DNA from: an uncultured Gammaproteobacteria bacterium
Lineage (GTDB): Bacteria > Patescibacteriota > Microgenomatia > Levybacterales > UBA12049
NCBI GenBank assembly: GCA_964497535.1
Contig: CAZCCG010000001.1
Location: 194,858-258,857 of the forward strand
DNA: 64,000 bases
Reading direction: 5' to 3'
Position numbers and translations under genes: made by a program. Below the pieces are notes generated by a model that saw only the letters and a list, made by a program, of their open reading frames with translations, was not told where the DNA came from and did not search any database. This document shows, one piece after another, positions 17,023 to 26,984 of the stretch. Numbering within the stretch: position 1 is the stretch's first letter; every line of letters starts with the position of its first letter.

Positions 17023-18741
17023 ATGCACCAGATGATACAGGCGTTCAAGCTTGCCATTCCATATATTAACCGCTATCCCAAATTTTGGCTGTATTTTTTC
17101 ATGCGGCTTCTTACTACCATTGCCGAGGTTCTGGTACCGGTTCTGGTAGGGTACATTATCGTGCTTTTTACCAACAAAGCCCCGAGCGCAGATATTTACC
17201 GCTGGACCGGGGTACTTGTTGCTATTTTAATCTTTAGCCCCATGCTTGATAAAATATCGTTTGTAAATGCGTGGTATATTTCATTTCGCGCGGCTCATGA
17301 CTTCCGGCGGGATGCGGTTAGAAGACTGCGTCATACTGGACTTGCGTTCTGGCAGGAAAACGACCGGGGTAATGTCCTCAAAATTATCGACCAGGCATTT
17401 GAGCATTTTATTTATTTGTGCGGCAGTATTGTGCATTCCTATGTACCCTTTATCGGCAAAATTATTGTCATTTTTATCAGTACTACTTTTATTGATCCGG
17501 TTATCAGTATTATCTTTTTGATTGATGCAGTTTTCTTTTCACTCAATATCAGAATTATTGTCCCGAAAGAATCCGAAGCAGGAATTCGGGAACGAAAAGC
17601 TCAGGAGTCTGTGTATGGACGAATGAATGAATACATTACCAACTATAAAACAGTTCTGTATCTCAATTTATTCCATCGGCAGGATGAAGAAATCTCCCGA
17701 TATAACGAAGCCGCATATACGGCATATACCCAGCGGGAACGATTGTCGGGACTGAAGTGGTATTTCAATAACCAGACTCATGCTATCTGTGTTGCAGCAA
17801 TTATCGCGTATTCAGTATGGCAGGTACTCACCGGTAATTTGCAGGTAGGTATGTTGACTACCATTGTCTTTTTTTCTTTGCGTATTGCCGAGAACATGAC
17901 CGAATTTGTATGGCAATTATCAGAATTGGTAAAGTACAGCAATAGCTTGCAGCGGTACACCGATACATTTGCCACAGTACAGGAACACTACTCGGATGCA
18001 GTAAGTAAAAAAATTGATTTTGAAAAACTGGTACTCCAACAAGTATCTCTCCAACAAAAAGACCGGGAGACATTGCGCAATGTAAATATGGAAATTAAAA
18101 ACGGTGAAAAAGTTGCAATCGTTGGCTTTACCGGCAGCGGTAAGACAACACTGATTGATATATTGCTTCAGGCAAATACCTCCTATACCGGTGATATTTT
18201 TATCGATGAATATAATTATCATGATGTTCATGTACAGGACATCGCAAAAGTGTATAGCATTGTTCCGCAAGACGTGCAGCTGTTTCAGGGGACACTCAGA
18301 GACAATATTGCTATCGATTCGGGTATAACGGATACGCAGTTGCATGCTGTTGTTACTGTCTCATGTCTGGATCCCTTGGTTGAAAAGCTGCCTCATCGAT
18401 TGCAAAGTCATATCCATGAGGGTGCATCCAATATTTCAGGAGGCGAGCGGCAGAGAATCGGCGTAGCACGGGCGCTCTTGCAGCGGCATCCGGTGCTGAT
18501 TTTGGATGAAGCAACTGCCAGCCTGGATCCCAAAACAGAACGTGATCTGATTACCAATATTATTGCCGCGTATCCGAAGATGACGATTCTTTATATAACT
18601 CACAAATATTCGCTGCTGAATTTATTTGACAAAATTATCGTCATGAATGAAGGATCAATTATCGAACAGGGATCATTTGAGCACTTAGTAGAAAAAGGCG
18701 GATTATTCAAAGATCTGTATGAAGCAAGTCAGATGCAGTAG
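17023..18741 (+). CDS. ABC transporter, fused permease/ATP-binding exporter (type I ABC exporter)
   Basis: 572 aa. N-terminal 6-TM domain. Walker A GFTGSGKTT, signature ISGGERQRIGVARAL, Walker B VLILDEATASLD. Confidence 0.85.
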   Translation: MHQMIQAFKLAIPYINRYPKFWLYFFMRLLTTIAEVLVPVLVGYIIVLFTNKAPSADIYRWTGVLVAILIFSPMLDKISFVNAWYISFRAAHDFRRDAVRRLRHTGLAFWQENDRGNVLKIIDQAFEHFIYLCGSIVHSYVPFIGKIIVIFISTTFIDPVISIIFLIDAVFFSLNIRIIVPKESEAGIRERKAQESVYGRMNEYITNYKTVLYLNLFHRQDEEISRYNEAAYTAYTQRERLSGLKWYFNNQTHAICVAAIIAYSVWQVLTGNLQVGMLTTIVFFSLRIAENMTEFVWQLSELVKYSNSLQRYTDTFATVQEHYSDAVSKKIDFEKLVLQQVSLQQKDRETLRNVNMEIKNGEKVAIVGFTGSGKTTLIDILLQANTSYTGDIFIDEYNYHDVHVQDIAKVYSIVPQDVQLFQGTLRDNIAIDSGITDTQLHAVVTVSCLDPLVEKLPHRLQSHIHEGASNISGGERQRIGVARALLQRHPVLILDEATASLDPKTERDLITNIIAAYPKMTILYITHKYSLLNLFDKIIVMNEGSIIEQGSFEHLVEKGGLFKDLYEASQMQ

Positions 18742-18787
18742 TCATTGTATTTAGTAGTTTGTATCTGGTATTTGGTATAAAAGCGAT

Positions 18788-18856
18788 ACAACAGCAATAG
18801 GTGTTCATTGTTCAGAGTTCATTGTAGTTGGAAGTTTTACACAACTATGAACTCAT
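18788..18856 (-). repeat. 70-bp repeat family, right copy (inverted relative to 16918..16990)
   Basis: ACAACAGCAATAGGTGTTCATTGTTCAGAGTTCATTGTAGTTGGAAGTTTTACACAACTATGAACTCAT is the reverse complement of the left copy, with more than 90% identity. Confidence 0.8.
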
Positions 18857-18929
18857 TGATTGTTTCTTTGATAGCTTTTCTATATAATTCTTTGCGGTTA
18901 CCCTAATAAAACTATCGTGGAGGAAGTAC

Positions 18930-19394
18930 ATGTCTGGGGGTAAGCTTGACCAAAACGCAATTGAGGAGATCATCCCACATCGCTATCCATTCCTCTTCAT
19001 CTACGAAATTGAAGAGGTAGACTTTGGCCATCGGGCTGTGGGTCTGATCCGCGATGTAGCAATATTTAGGGAAGTGCTTCATGGACACTTTCCCGGATAC
19101 CCGGTCTTTCCCGGTGCGCTTCTGGTGGAGGCATTGGCAGAAGTTGGGGCTATCGCGATGCTTGGTATGGAGGCTAACCGTGGAAAGCTTGCTTTCATTA
19201 CCGGGCTAAACAATTGGAAGTTTCGCAAACCGGCTCTTCCGGGTGTTATGCTGCGATTGGAGGTTTCACTAACTGCGTCACGAGGACAATTCGGACGAGC
19301 ACACGGGTGTGTCACAACAGCCGCGGGTGAACTCGTATGTGAAGGAGATTTCTCGTTCGCCCTTGGTGCCCGTCCCCCCGGGATGGAGGGATAA
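18930..19394 (+). CDS. fabZ: 3-hydroxyacyl-ACP dehydratase FabZ-like (hotdog fold), on a higher-GC island
   Basis: 154 aa. HRYPFLFIYEIEEV...HFPGYPVFPGALLVEALAEVGA...FRKPALPGVMLRLEV matches FabZ. GC about 52% against about 35% flanks. GGAGG Shine-Dalgarno site. Confidence 0.75.
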   Translation: MSGGKLDQNAIEEIIPHRYPFLFIYEIEEVDFGHRAVGLIRDVAIFREVLHGHFPGYPVFPGALLVEALAEVGAIAMLGMEANRGKLAFITGLNNWKFRKPALPGVMLRLEVSLTASRGQFGRAHGCVTTAAGELVCEGDFSFALGARPPGMEG

Positions 19395-19447
19395 CCACAA
19401 CCGCGCCGGTGGTGGGAACTTCGGTTCCTATCCCGGCGCCTTTATAT

Positions 19448-21049
19448 TTAACCAGTAATCTTTTGGATAGGAAGAGATATATAGAAAGTACATCCGGATC
19501 TGGCAGTTTTTGTATTGTTACTTTCAACCCACAGATTGCCGCCACTTCTTTTTATGATTTCATAGGAAATATATAACCCGATCCCAAGACCGGAAAATAT
19601 GTGATCTTTATCCTCGATTCGATAATATCGTTGAAATATCTTTTTCTGATGCTCGGGTTTTATACCAACTCCATAATCCTGGATACCGATAATTATTTTT
19701 TCTCCTTGTTCCACAGCGGTAACAACCACTTTTTTTGCATGGGGAGAATACTTAATTGCATTGGTCAGCAGGTTAATAATAACTTGATTGATGCGCTCTT
19801 TATCGGCAAATACCCGCGAATTTATCTTCTTCTTGCGATTTTTTATAACAAGCGTATGAGGACTTGTGGTTGCTTGAATAACTTCGACAGTATCATACAA
19901 AAGTTCTGTTAGAGGAAAGTATTCATTATGAAATTCGAGTTTTCCAGCTTGTATTTTGGATACATCAAGTAAGTCACTGATAAGCAGAGTCAATTTATCA
20001 ATTTGGGTATTCATTTTACCCAGATATAACCGCGCTTGTTTATTGGATGATCTGGTAAGTTTCTTTTGTAATGTTTGGTTAAATAATTTAATAGTAGTAA
20101 TAGGAGTTTTTAACTCATGGCTTGCCAGACTGATAAATTCATCTTTACGCTGGTCATATTTCTTGCGTTCACTATCAGTTGCTGCCAGGGTCATGGAAGT
20201 AAGCACCGTAACCCCAATGAAACTTTGCAGAAGCAAAAGCCGTTCACTGAGCCGTCCTGTCCCAAATGGACCAAACCCCTGTATGGTTTCCAGAATGGCA
20301 AAAAGTGAAATAACAACAACAGCAGTAACTGCTCCACGTTGCCCAAACCGTAGAGATGCCCAAATCAGCGGCGGAAAAATAAAATATGTTACCGGTGTAC
20401 CTTCTTTGAAAATATGAAATAGTCCGTCAAAAATTATAATACTGATGATTGTTGTGGCTAGTGCCAAAAGAAGTAATTCAATGGTTTGAGATATGCGTAG
20501 TGATACTGTTGGCCGTTTTGACCACATGAGAAGAAATGGTGTAACCAGGATGATACTAATCAGATCTCCAATCCACCACGCTCGCCAGGTGACAAAATAA
20601 GAATGGGGATTGAGAAACTGTCCCACAAAAAGACTCGATGTCCCAATCGTTGCACTGATCCCTGCACCAATGGGTGCAACAAGAAATGTAAAGAATAAGA
20701 TATCCTGCAAGCGTGCAAAAGATCGTTCCACTCCACTGCGTTGGAAAAGATAGGCACCGATGAGCGCTTCCAATGTATTTCCTACAGCAATTCCCAACGC
20801 AATCGGGGCAGTTGCGCCTATGGTTATATTTACGAGAAATGCGGCGATGGTAATTGCGGGCCATAAACGATATCCGAAAAGAAGGAGCGCTGCCAGAGAG
20901 ATACCCGAGGGGAGCCAGATAAGGGTTGCAAAGCCACTTACTGCATCAAAACTAAGACCAAACTTTGCTACGCCAAAATAGATAACAAAAAGAGTTATTA
21001 TTTTTACACCATCGATGAGATTTGGATGTTTCATTCCCAAATGGTACAA
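19448..21049 (-). CDS. sensor histidine kinase with N-terminal MASE1-type membrane sensor domain
   Basis: 533 aa. An 8-TM MASE1-like region. H-box LASHELKTPITTIKLFNQTL. HATPase_c (NLLTNAIKYSP...DYGVGI...GLGIGLYISYEI). Confidence 0.8.
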   Translation of the reverse strand: MYHLGMKHPNLIDGVKIITLFVIYFGVAKFGLSFDAVSGFATLIWLPSGISLAALLLFGYRLWPAITIAAFLVNITIGATAPIALGIAVGNTLEALIGAYLFQRSGVERSFARLQDILFFTFLVAPIGAGISATIGTSSLFVGQFLNPHSYFVTWRAWWIGDLISIILVTPFLLMWSKRPTVSLRISQTIELLLLALATTIISIIIFDGLFHIFKEGTPVTYFIFPPLIWASLRFGQRGAVTAVVVISLFAILETIQGFGPFGTGRLSERLLLLQSFIGVTVLTSMTLAATDSERKKYDQRKDEFISLASHELKTPITTIKLFNQTLQKKLTRSSNKQARLYLGKMNTQIDKLTLLISDLLDVSKIQAGKLEFHNEYFPLTELLYDTVEVIQATTSPHTLVIKNRKKKINSRVFADKERINQVIINLLTNAIKYSPHAKKVVVTAVEQGEKIIIGIQDYGVGIKPEHQKKIFQRYYRIEDKDHIFSGLGIGLYISYEIIKRSGGNLWVESNNTKTARSGCTFYISLPIQKITG

Positions 21050-21088
21050 CCATACTGATTATAGAGATACTTTTGGTAAATGCAATCC

Positions 21089-22276
21089 TTATCTCTCAAA
21101 AGCGGATTCTTTGGAGATGCCTTTTCTCATGATTTGACTGGTAAGAACCAGACACAGGAAGCATGCTGCTGCCCCTCCCAAAAACGGCGCGGCAATAGTG
21201 AGTGTTGCCAATGCCCCACCGACAAGCGGCCCCAGTATCATCCCGATACTTTGATACGAGGTATTAATTCCAAGCATTGTTCCTTGGGATTGAGCATCAG
21301 TTTCACGCGACACAATTGTTGGAATGAGTGTTTGGGCAATACCGTTGAGAAGTCCCAAAATCAGTATTTCACCGATAAAAAAGGCGAGAGAGGTTGTAAA
21401 GTACATTGCAAGAAACGAACTGCCAACGATGAAAAATGATAGGGCAATGGCTTTTTTGGGTCCCAGAAGCTTTGAGACATTTCCTACAATAAGTGCTTGG
21501 GATATGAGCCCGACAATACCAAATACCGAAAACAACAGCGCATTTTCGCTTGTTGTGATATGTAGTATATTTTTGGTAAAGGGCTGAAAGCCATAAATAA
21601 TAGCGCATGAAAAAGCAGTAAAGAATAAAAAGGTAATAATAAATGTTGCGCCAACATTGGGATCAAAAAGTGCATGCCATAGTTTTTTGAAATCAAATAG
21701 TTTTTCTTGTTTTACTTGCCCGATATGTTTGTTGGTTTCAGGTAAAACAAGAGCGGTAAGGATTACTGCAATAATTGAAATTGCTGCGGCTATCAAAAAC
21801 GGCAATGTTTCGGAAATGCCAACTGTCAGTCCCGCAATTGCCGGCCCAAAAATAAATCCAAAGCTAAATCCCGCGCCTACCAGTCCGAATCCTTTTGCGC
21901 GCTGCTTATCAGTGGTTGAATCGGAAATAACAGCCATAGCTACTGGGATATTTCCTGCAGTAATTCCATCAAGCGCCCGGGCGAGAAATAAAACAAAGGC
22001 ATTTGGTGCAAATGCCATCAGGAGAAATGAGAGTGCGGTTCCGGTGATTGAAAGAAGCAACATTGGTTTTCTCCCATATTTATCAGACAGTCTTCCGATA
22101 ATAGGAGTTGCGAAAAATTGACAGACTGAAAAAATTGCAAAAAGCAGCCCATTTTCAAAATCAGAAAGTCCAAAGTGTTTGGAATAAGAGTAAACAATCG
22201 GGATAATAATGCCATATCCCAGGGCATTGACTATAATAATTAAGACAATAATAAGTAAATTTTTGTTTTTCAGCAT
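21089..22276 (-). CDS. MFS transporter (TetA/multidrug-efflux-like)
   Basis: 395 aa, 12 TM. MFS motif A GRLSDKYGRKPML. Confidence 0.8.
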   Translation of the reverse strand: MLKNKNLLIIVLIIIVNALGYGIIIPIVYSYSKHFGLSDFENGLLFAIFSVCQFFATPIIGRLSDKYGRKPMLLLSITGTALSFLLMAFAPNAFVLFLARALDGITAGNIPVAMAVISDSTTDKQRAKGFGLVGAGFSFGFIFGPAIAGLTVGISETLPFLIAAAISIIAVILTALVLPETNKHIGQVKQEKLFDFKKLWHALFDPNVGATFIITFLFFTAFSCAIIYGFQPFTKNILHITTSENALLFSVFGIVGLISQALIVGNVSKLLGPKKAIALSFFIVGSSFLAMYFTTSLAFFIGEILILGLLNGIAQTLIPTIVSRETDAQSQGTMLGINTSYQSIGMILGPLVGGALATLTIAAPFLGGAAACFLCLVLTSQIMRKGISKESAFER

Positions 22277-22347
22277 ATCTTCTTGGGAAAATATATTATA
22301 TCAGTTTTGCTGGCAATTTGCTCAAAAAATCCCTATACTTTTATTAG

Positions 22348-23703
22348 ATGAAGAGTATTCAATTTTTGGGAGCAGCGGGAGAAGTGACAGGATCCTCATA
22401 TCTTTTGACCGGACACGATGACAGTAGCATTGTTATCGATTTGGGATTATTTCAAGGGTCAAAAGAAATTACAGACCACAATTATGATCCGCTTGGTTTT
22501 AGACCGTCTGACATCAAAGGTGTATTTCTCACTCATGCACATTTGGATCATGGGGGTCGCTTGCCGCTTCTGGTTTTTGGAGGCTATTTTGGCAAAATCT
22601 ATATGACTGCACCGACGGCAGCTCTTTTGGCATTATCCCTGACTGACGCGGCAAAAATTGCTCAGGAGACATTCGACCATGCACCGCTCTATGGCATGGA
22701 AGAAGTAGAAAAAGTTTTGGAAATGATTGAAATTGTTGAATATGGGAAGCAATTTCAGGTGGGAGGATTTTCTATTACATTTCGCGATGCCGGACATATC
22801 TTAGGATCTGCCAGTATAGAAGTTGTCGATACTTCTGATAAACAAAAAATAGTCTTTAGTGGTGATTTGGGCAATACACCTGAAGATATTGTCAAACCTA
22901 CCGAATATATCGAATCTGCTGACATTGTAGTGATGGAATCTACCTACGGAGATTCAACCCATCCCAAAGAAGATCCCACAGAAATACTGGGGCAGGAGTT
23001 GCAAAAGATTGATCAGGCAGGTGGAGTACTTCTGATTCCTGCTTTCTCATTGGAACGCACCCAGGAAGTGTTACATCGTATTCATCACCTCAAAAAAGAC
23101 GGCAAAATACGTGGGGATACCCCAGTTTTTTTGGATAGTCCCATGGGAATTCGGGCAACCCTTATTTTTCGGGAGTTTAAAACCTTTTACAATAAAGAAA
23201 TGCAAAGTCATACTGATGATCCATTCGGATTTGAGGGGTTGGTTGTTACGGAAGACGCAAAAGATAGCAAGGCAATTATTAAAGCTATGGAACCCAAGGC
23301 CATTATTGCCGGTTCGGGTATGATGTCAGGAGGCAGGATATTGCATCACGCGCTCAATTATTTATCCGATCCCAAAACAACAGTCCTTTTTGTGGGATAT
23401 CAGGCAGAAGAAACAGCAGGACGCAAAATTCTGGAAGGCGCGCGGAATGTAAGAATTTATGATAAGAATGTACAAGTAAAAGCTGCTATCCGGGAGATAA
23501 AGACGCTCAGTTCCCACGCTGATTCTCCAAAGCTTCTGGACTGGGTTTCTCATATCAAAAATGTAAAAAAAGTATTTTTGGTACATGGAGAAGAAAAACA
23601 GCGGCAGGCATTGGCAGACAAAATCAAAGGAGTTGGTATTACAGATATTATCCTGCCGCAATTGGGTGGCCAACATTCCTTGACAGCCAAAACGAAGGAA
23701 TGA
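22348..23703 (+). CDS. beta-CASP family metallo-beta-lactamase-fold RNA-metabolising hydrolase (RNase J/CPSF-like)
   Basis: 451 aa. HAHLDHGG, then beta-CASP motifs (ESTYGDSTH, HAD near the C-terminus). Confidence 0.75.
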   Translation: MKSIQFLGAAGEVTGSSYLLTGHDDSSIVIDLGLFQGSKEITDHNYDPLGFRPSDIKGVFLTHAHLDHGGRLPLLVFGGYFGKIYMTAPTAALLALSLTDAAKIAQETFDHAPLYGMEEVEKVLEMIEIVEYGKQFQVGGFSITFRDAGHILGSASIEVVDTSDKQKIVFSGDLGNTPEDIVKPTEYIESADIVVMESTYGDSTHPKEDPTEILGQELQKIDQAGGVLLIPAFSLERTQEVLHRIHHLKKDGKIRGDTPVFLDSPMGIRATLIFREFKTFYNKEMQSHTDDPFGFEGLVVTEDAKDSKAIIKAMEPKAIIAGSGMMSGGRILHHALNYLSDPKTTVLFVGYQAEETAGRKILEGARNVRIYDKNVQVKAAIREIKTLSSHADSPKLLDWVSHIKNVKKVFLVHGEEKQRQALADKIKGVGITDIILPQLGGQHSLTAKTKE

Positions 23704-23751
23704 CTGTTTTCCCAAAGAGTTCTGGCAAGCTCATCTGGTACAATAGGGCAT

Positions 23752-24468
23752 ATGATGAAATTATTTCAGAACAAACAACTCTGGCAAGTGCTGTTTTATC
23801 TTTTTGTTATGGTTATTGTTGACAATTTTTGTCTCCAAAATTTGGATTCTCCCAATGAATTGGTCAAGTGGATGACGACGTGGACGAAAGATCCCAATCT
23901 GAAGTTGGAATACTTTCGGACCGGCAGTGTTATTGTAGGTTTTCCCTCATGGGCTGATAGTCTTATCTGGGTTGTCATAACACTTCTATTGTGGATTACC
24001 AACCGCAAGAAATTCCTGATGCTTCCTCTCATTCTCTATTGTGCATGGATTACTTTTTGGGTGGGTGCTGCGGTGGCAATCTTGTCCATAAATCTATGGA
24101 ATCCCCACAGTGGTGGAGCAGAAGTTTTACTTTCAGATGCATTTTTGCTTTGGGTAAGCAATATTGTCGTCTTTGCAATCTGGTATTGGATACTGGATCA
24201 TGATAATCAGTTGGAGCATAAAAAAGATAACCGTCATCGAGTGCATTTTATGTTTCCGCAAAAAATGTCCCCGGTACCGGGATGGGAAAATTGGATTCCC
24301 GGCTTTGTGGATTATTTATTTATGTCATTTAATACTAGTACTGCATTTGGCGTATCTGAGACAATCGTTATGACAAAAAAAGCAAAACTGTTGATCATGC
24401 TGCAATCGGTAATGTCTTTGGTATTATTTGCCATGATTGCCGCCCGAGCCATCAATATCATCCGCTAA
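23752..24468 (+). CDS. integral membrane protein (DUF1345-like)
   Basis: 238 aa, about 5 TM. Conserved FVDYLFMSFNTSTAFGVSE segment. Confidence 0.4.
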   Translation: MMKLFQNKQLWQVLFYLFVMVIVDNFCLQNLDSPNELVKWMTTWTKDPNLKLEYFRTGSVIVGFPSWADSLIWVVITLLLWITNRKKFLMLPLILYCAWITFWVGAAVAILSINLWNPHSGGAEVLLSDAFLLWVSNIVVFAIWYWILDHDNQLEHKKDNRHRVHFMFPQKMSPVPGWENWIPGFVDYLFMSFNTSTAFGVSETIVMTKKAKLLIMLQSVMSLVLFAMIAARAINIIR

Positions 24469-24518
24469 TACGCTTTTACATACGACGATTGTTCTTCGGA
24501 AGTTATAGATAACAGAGG

Positions 24519-24851
24519 TTAATACGCAGTTTTGCCGGGAGAAAGCGGTACCATGTGGGGGCCTGAATAATAGTGCCCTTGTGATTGGAACAGTTGTGGA
24601 TTGGTTGCCAGGAAATATATAAAGAGAATTGCGGTAAGGAATGTCACAATTGCGGGAGTAAGAATCACAACTTTAACCCATGACGGCCATTTCATCCAGA
24701 GAAATGTGAAAATCACTCCCAGTGGATAAAAGAACAATAATAAGAGAATAGTGATAATCGTTTTTGTGTCGTATGAAAGGTCTGCAGATGATGAGCGTTT
24801 TTTCTGTGCCATACTATTATTAAGACGAATTCCTAGGAAAATGTCAAGCAA
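24519..24851 (-). CDS. small membrane protein
   Basis: The start is probably the internal MAQKKRSS. Two TM helices. Lies downstream of the glycosyltransferase gene. Confidence 0.4.
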   Translation of the reverse strand: MLDIFLGIRLNNSMAQKKRSSSADLSYDTKTIITILLLLFFYPLGVIFTFLWMKWPSWVKVVILTPAIVTFLTAILFIYFLATNPQLFQSQGHYYSGPHMVPLSPGKTAY

Positions 24852-26208
24852 GTGGATGAGAAGTCAGATATTGCGCAGTATGTTCCCAAAACAGATGTAC
24901 ACCGGTTGATGTCAGCTCTATCACATGGCCGTCTTTTGCGTCTTCTTCAATGCGGCATTTGACCATTTCCCCAAAAATTCCAACCCGTTCACACCAGGTG
25001 ATAAATTGAGCAGATGGTTTGGAATGGAACGGCAGAACCAGTCCTCTCCAAGCAGAAGCCATAGCCAAAAGCTCCTGGCCCCGCTGGTTTTGCAGTGGAT
25101 CATCCATGCGTGCTTTTTCAAAGAGCTCTTGTTCTATATGATGGCCCGGTATGAGATGATGGCGTCTGAGAAATTCCAGATTATCCCGTTCCTGTTGTCC
25201 GACCGGATTTGAAAACAGAAGCAGCGTTCCTCCCCGTTGGGTAGGATTGCACAGACACTTAAATGCCTGCTCACTGGGTTTGGTAATTTCCAATGAGATC
25301 GTTGTCTGGTGAAAAAGCAGATCATAATTATTGACGGTTCCCCGATCATGAGATGATACATGGAGCTGGACAAATGGTTTATCCAGCATATACCCCAGGA
25401 AGTTTTTGGTATAGGGTGCGTCTTTTACTACGATATGGAATAAAAATCGCTCGGAGATTTGATGCAGGTTATCGATTAAATCTGCCACAAATGTTGTGCC
25501 GACTGCTGCTCCTGAAATGGGTACTGACACATGGATATGTGATTTTTTTTCAGGATCCAGCTGGTCTTTCCGATTGGTGAGTTGTTCATGAGTCAGATGT
25601 CGGGTCAGATCAGGACTGACAGGATAAGCTAACACTTCAAAGTTGACCGGTGGGATATGGTAGGTTTTGCCAAAGTGTACGAGCTTTTCACGAGTTGTAA
25701 AGCTGGGAACAAAAATAATATCGGCACCATCCACATACCAGATTGGATGAGGACTATCATCGGTTACCTGGACTACCAGAATAATCCTGACTTGTCTTTT
25801 TTTCTCAACGATGCCTTTAATTTCTGCAAGTTGATGGGCCAATCCAAAATGCGTGGCAACGATAAGGATTGTCTGGGGCAAATCGATCCGTTCATCCAGG
25901 ATAGTAGTAAGTTGTTGATACAACAATTTAGTATGGCTTCGAAGCATTAGCCGATACACATAAGCGGCAATATCCTGTAACCATCCTCGTTGTACCACCT
26001 CAAACATTGCACGAGTGATGGGGTGAATACTGATAAAACGGTGAATCCAGCTGATTGATTTGTCCTGGGTTCCCAAAAGAACCGGTGTTATTTCTTCAGG
26101 CAGTCCCCGATAGAGTGCGTCGGTAACACGCAAATGTCCCAAGCCTGCGGGGGCGAAAGCAAAAACTAAAACCAATGACTTTTTCTCAAGAATAGAGAAA
26201 GTATTCAT
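24844..26208 (-). CDS. GT-B fold glycosyltransferase (MGDG-synthase/MurG-like, family 28-like)
   Basis: 454 aa. The N-terminal FAPAGLGHLRVTDAL resembles the glycine-rich loop of MGDG synthase and MurG N-domains. Weak. Confidence 0.45.
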   Translation of the reverse strand: MNTFSILEKKSLVLVFAFAPAGLGHLRVTDALYRGLPEEITPVLLGTQDKSISWIHRFISIHPITRAMFEVVQRGWLQDIAAYVYRLMLRSHTKLLYQQLTTILDERIDLPQTILIVATHFGLAHQLAEIKGIVEKKRQVRIILVVQVTDDSPHPIWYVDGADIIFVPSFTTREKLVHFGKTYHIPPVNFEVLAYPVSPDLTRHLTHEQLTNRKDQLDPEKKSHIHVSVPISGAAVGTTFVADLIDNLHQISERFLFHIVVKDAPYTKNFLGYMLDKPFVQLHVSSHDRGTVNNYDLLFHQTTISLEITKPSEQAFKCLCNPTQRGGTLLLFSNPVGQQERDNLEFLRRHHLIPGHHIEQELFEKARMDDPLQNQRGQELLAMASAWRGLVLPFHSKPSAQFITWCERVGIFGEMVKCRIEEDAKDGHVIELTSTGVHLFWEHTAQYLTSHPLA

Positions 26209-26239
26209 AGATTAAGTGTAGTAAACAACAGAAGCAGAT

Positions 26240-26272
26240 ACAAGTTAGTGAAGTGTATAAAAAAAGCCCCGG
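26240..26272 (-). terminator. intrinsic terminator (GCCCCGGC-GCTA-GCCGGGGC plus U7) for gene 26275..26841
   Basis: Perfect 8 bp GC stem. On the minus strand it is followed by TTTTTTT. Confidence 0.8.
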
Positions 26273-26274
26273 CG

Positions 26275-26841
26275 CTAGCCGGGGCTGTAAGTATCACCAG
26301 AGGGAAGAGCCAAGAGCACCATTGGTGAATTGAGAACCCGAGGTTCATAAACCAGCACTTCGGTGCTCACATACTCCTTCTTTACCAGGACCCTGCTCTG
26401 CAGCATTTCCTGGTTGGTGAAGATCACGAGCGGTCCATTCCTAGGTGCCCACAGGCACCCGAAGAACCAGCGGGCATCAGTCTCGCTGGGGAAGAGTTCG
26501 TAGACGACCCGAGGCAACGCCTCGGCCCAGTCAAAACCGTAGTCGTTGTCCATATGCATGGGCACGACACGGTCCGAACCCAGGTCGGGGATTTCCTGAC
26601 AGATAAACCGCCACACGTGAGGTTCATCGGCGAGCCGGAAGGAGGCGAGTACCTCCCACAGTTTGTTGTGAAAGGCAATCATGCTCCCCGGCTGGTAATC
26701 CTGGGTGAACCGGGGCGGCTTGCCCGCCGGCATCAGTTCCACCTCCTCGAGGTGAGATTCCTCGTCCCAGGTGCGCATGCGGATGAGTTCTTCATCATCC
26801 AGGTAAAACCCGTGGATCGGATCGCCAACCTGAACACTCAT
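26275..26841 (-). CDS. hypothetical protein (higher-GC island gene 1)
   Basis: 188 aa. AAGGAG Shine-Dalgarno site 7 nt before the ATG. GC about 55%. Own promoter and terminator. Confidence 0.55.
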   Translation of the reverse strand: MSVQVGDPIHGFYLDDEELIRMRTWDEESHLEEVELMPAGKPPRFTQDYQPGSMIAFHNKLWEVLASFRLADEPHVWRFICQEIPDLGSDRVVPMHMDNDYGFDWAEALPRVVYELFPSETDARWFFGCLWAPRNGPLVIFTNQEMLQSRVLVKKEYVSTEVLVYEPRVLNSPMVLLALPSGDTYSPG

Positions 26842-26890
26842 GGTAACTCCTTCTGAAATGTGCGCTGAGGTACAGTTGTACCATCATAGA

Positions 26891-26930
26891 GGAATATAGC
26901 ATACCCGCCCCTGCGAGTCAATACTACAGG
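26891..26930 (-). promoter_or_regulatory. consensus sigma70 promoter P1 (TTGACT-N17-TATATT), one of three near-identical copies
   Basis: On the minus strand: CCTGTAGTATTGACTCGCAGGGGCGGGTATGCTATATTCC. Confidence 0.7.
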
Positions 26931-26984
26931 CTTCTGTCTCTGGAATAAGAAAGGGCGGCCCCGTATGGGGTCGCCCTGTTGGAT

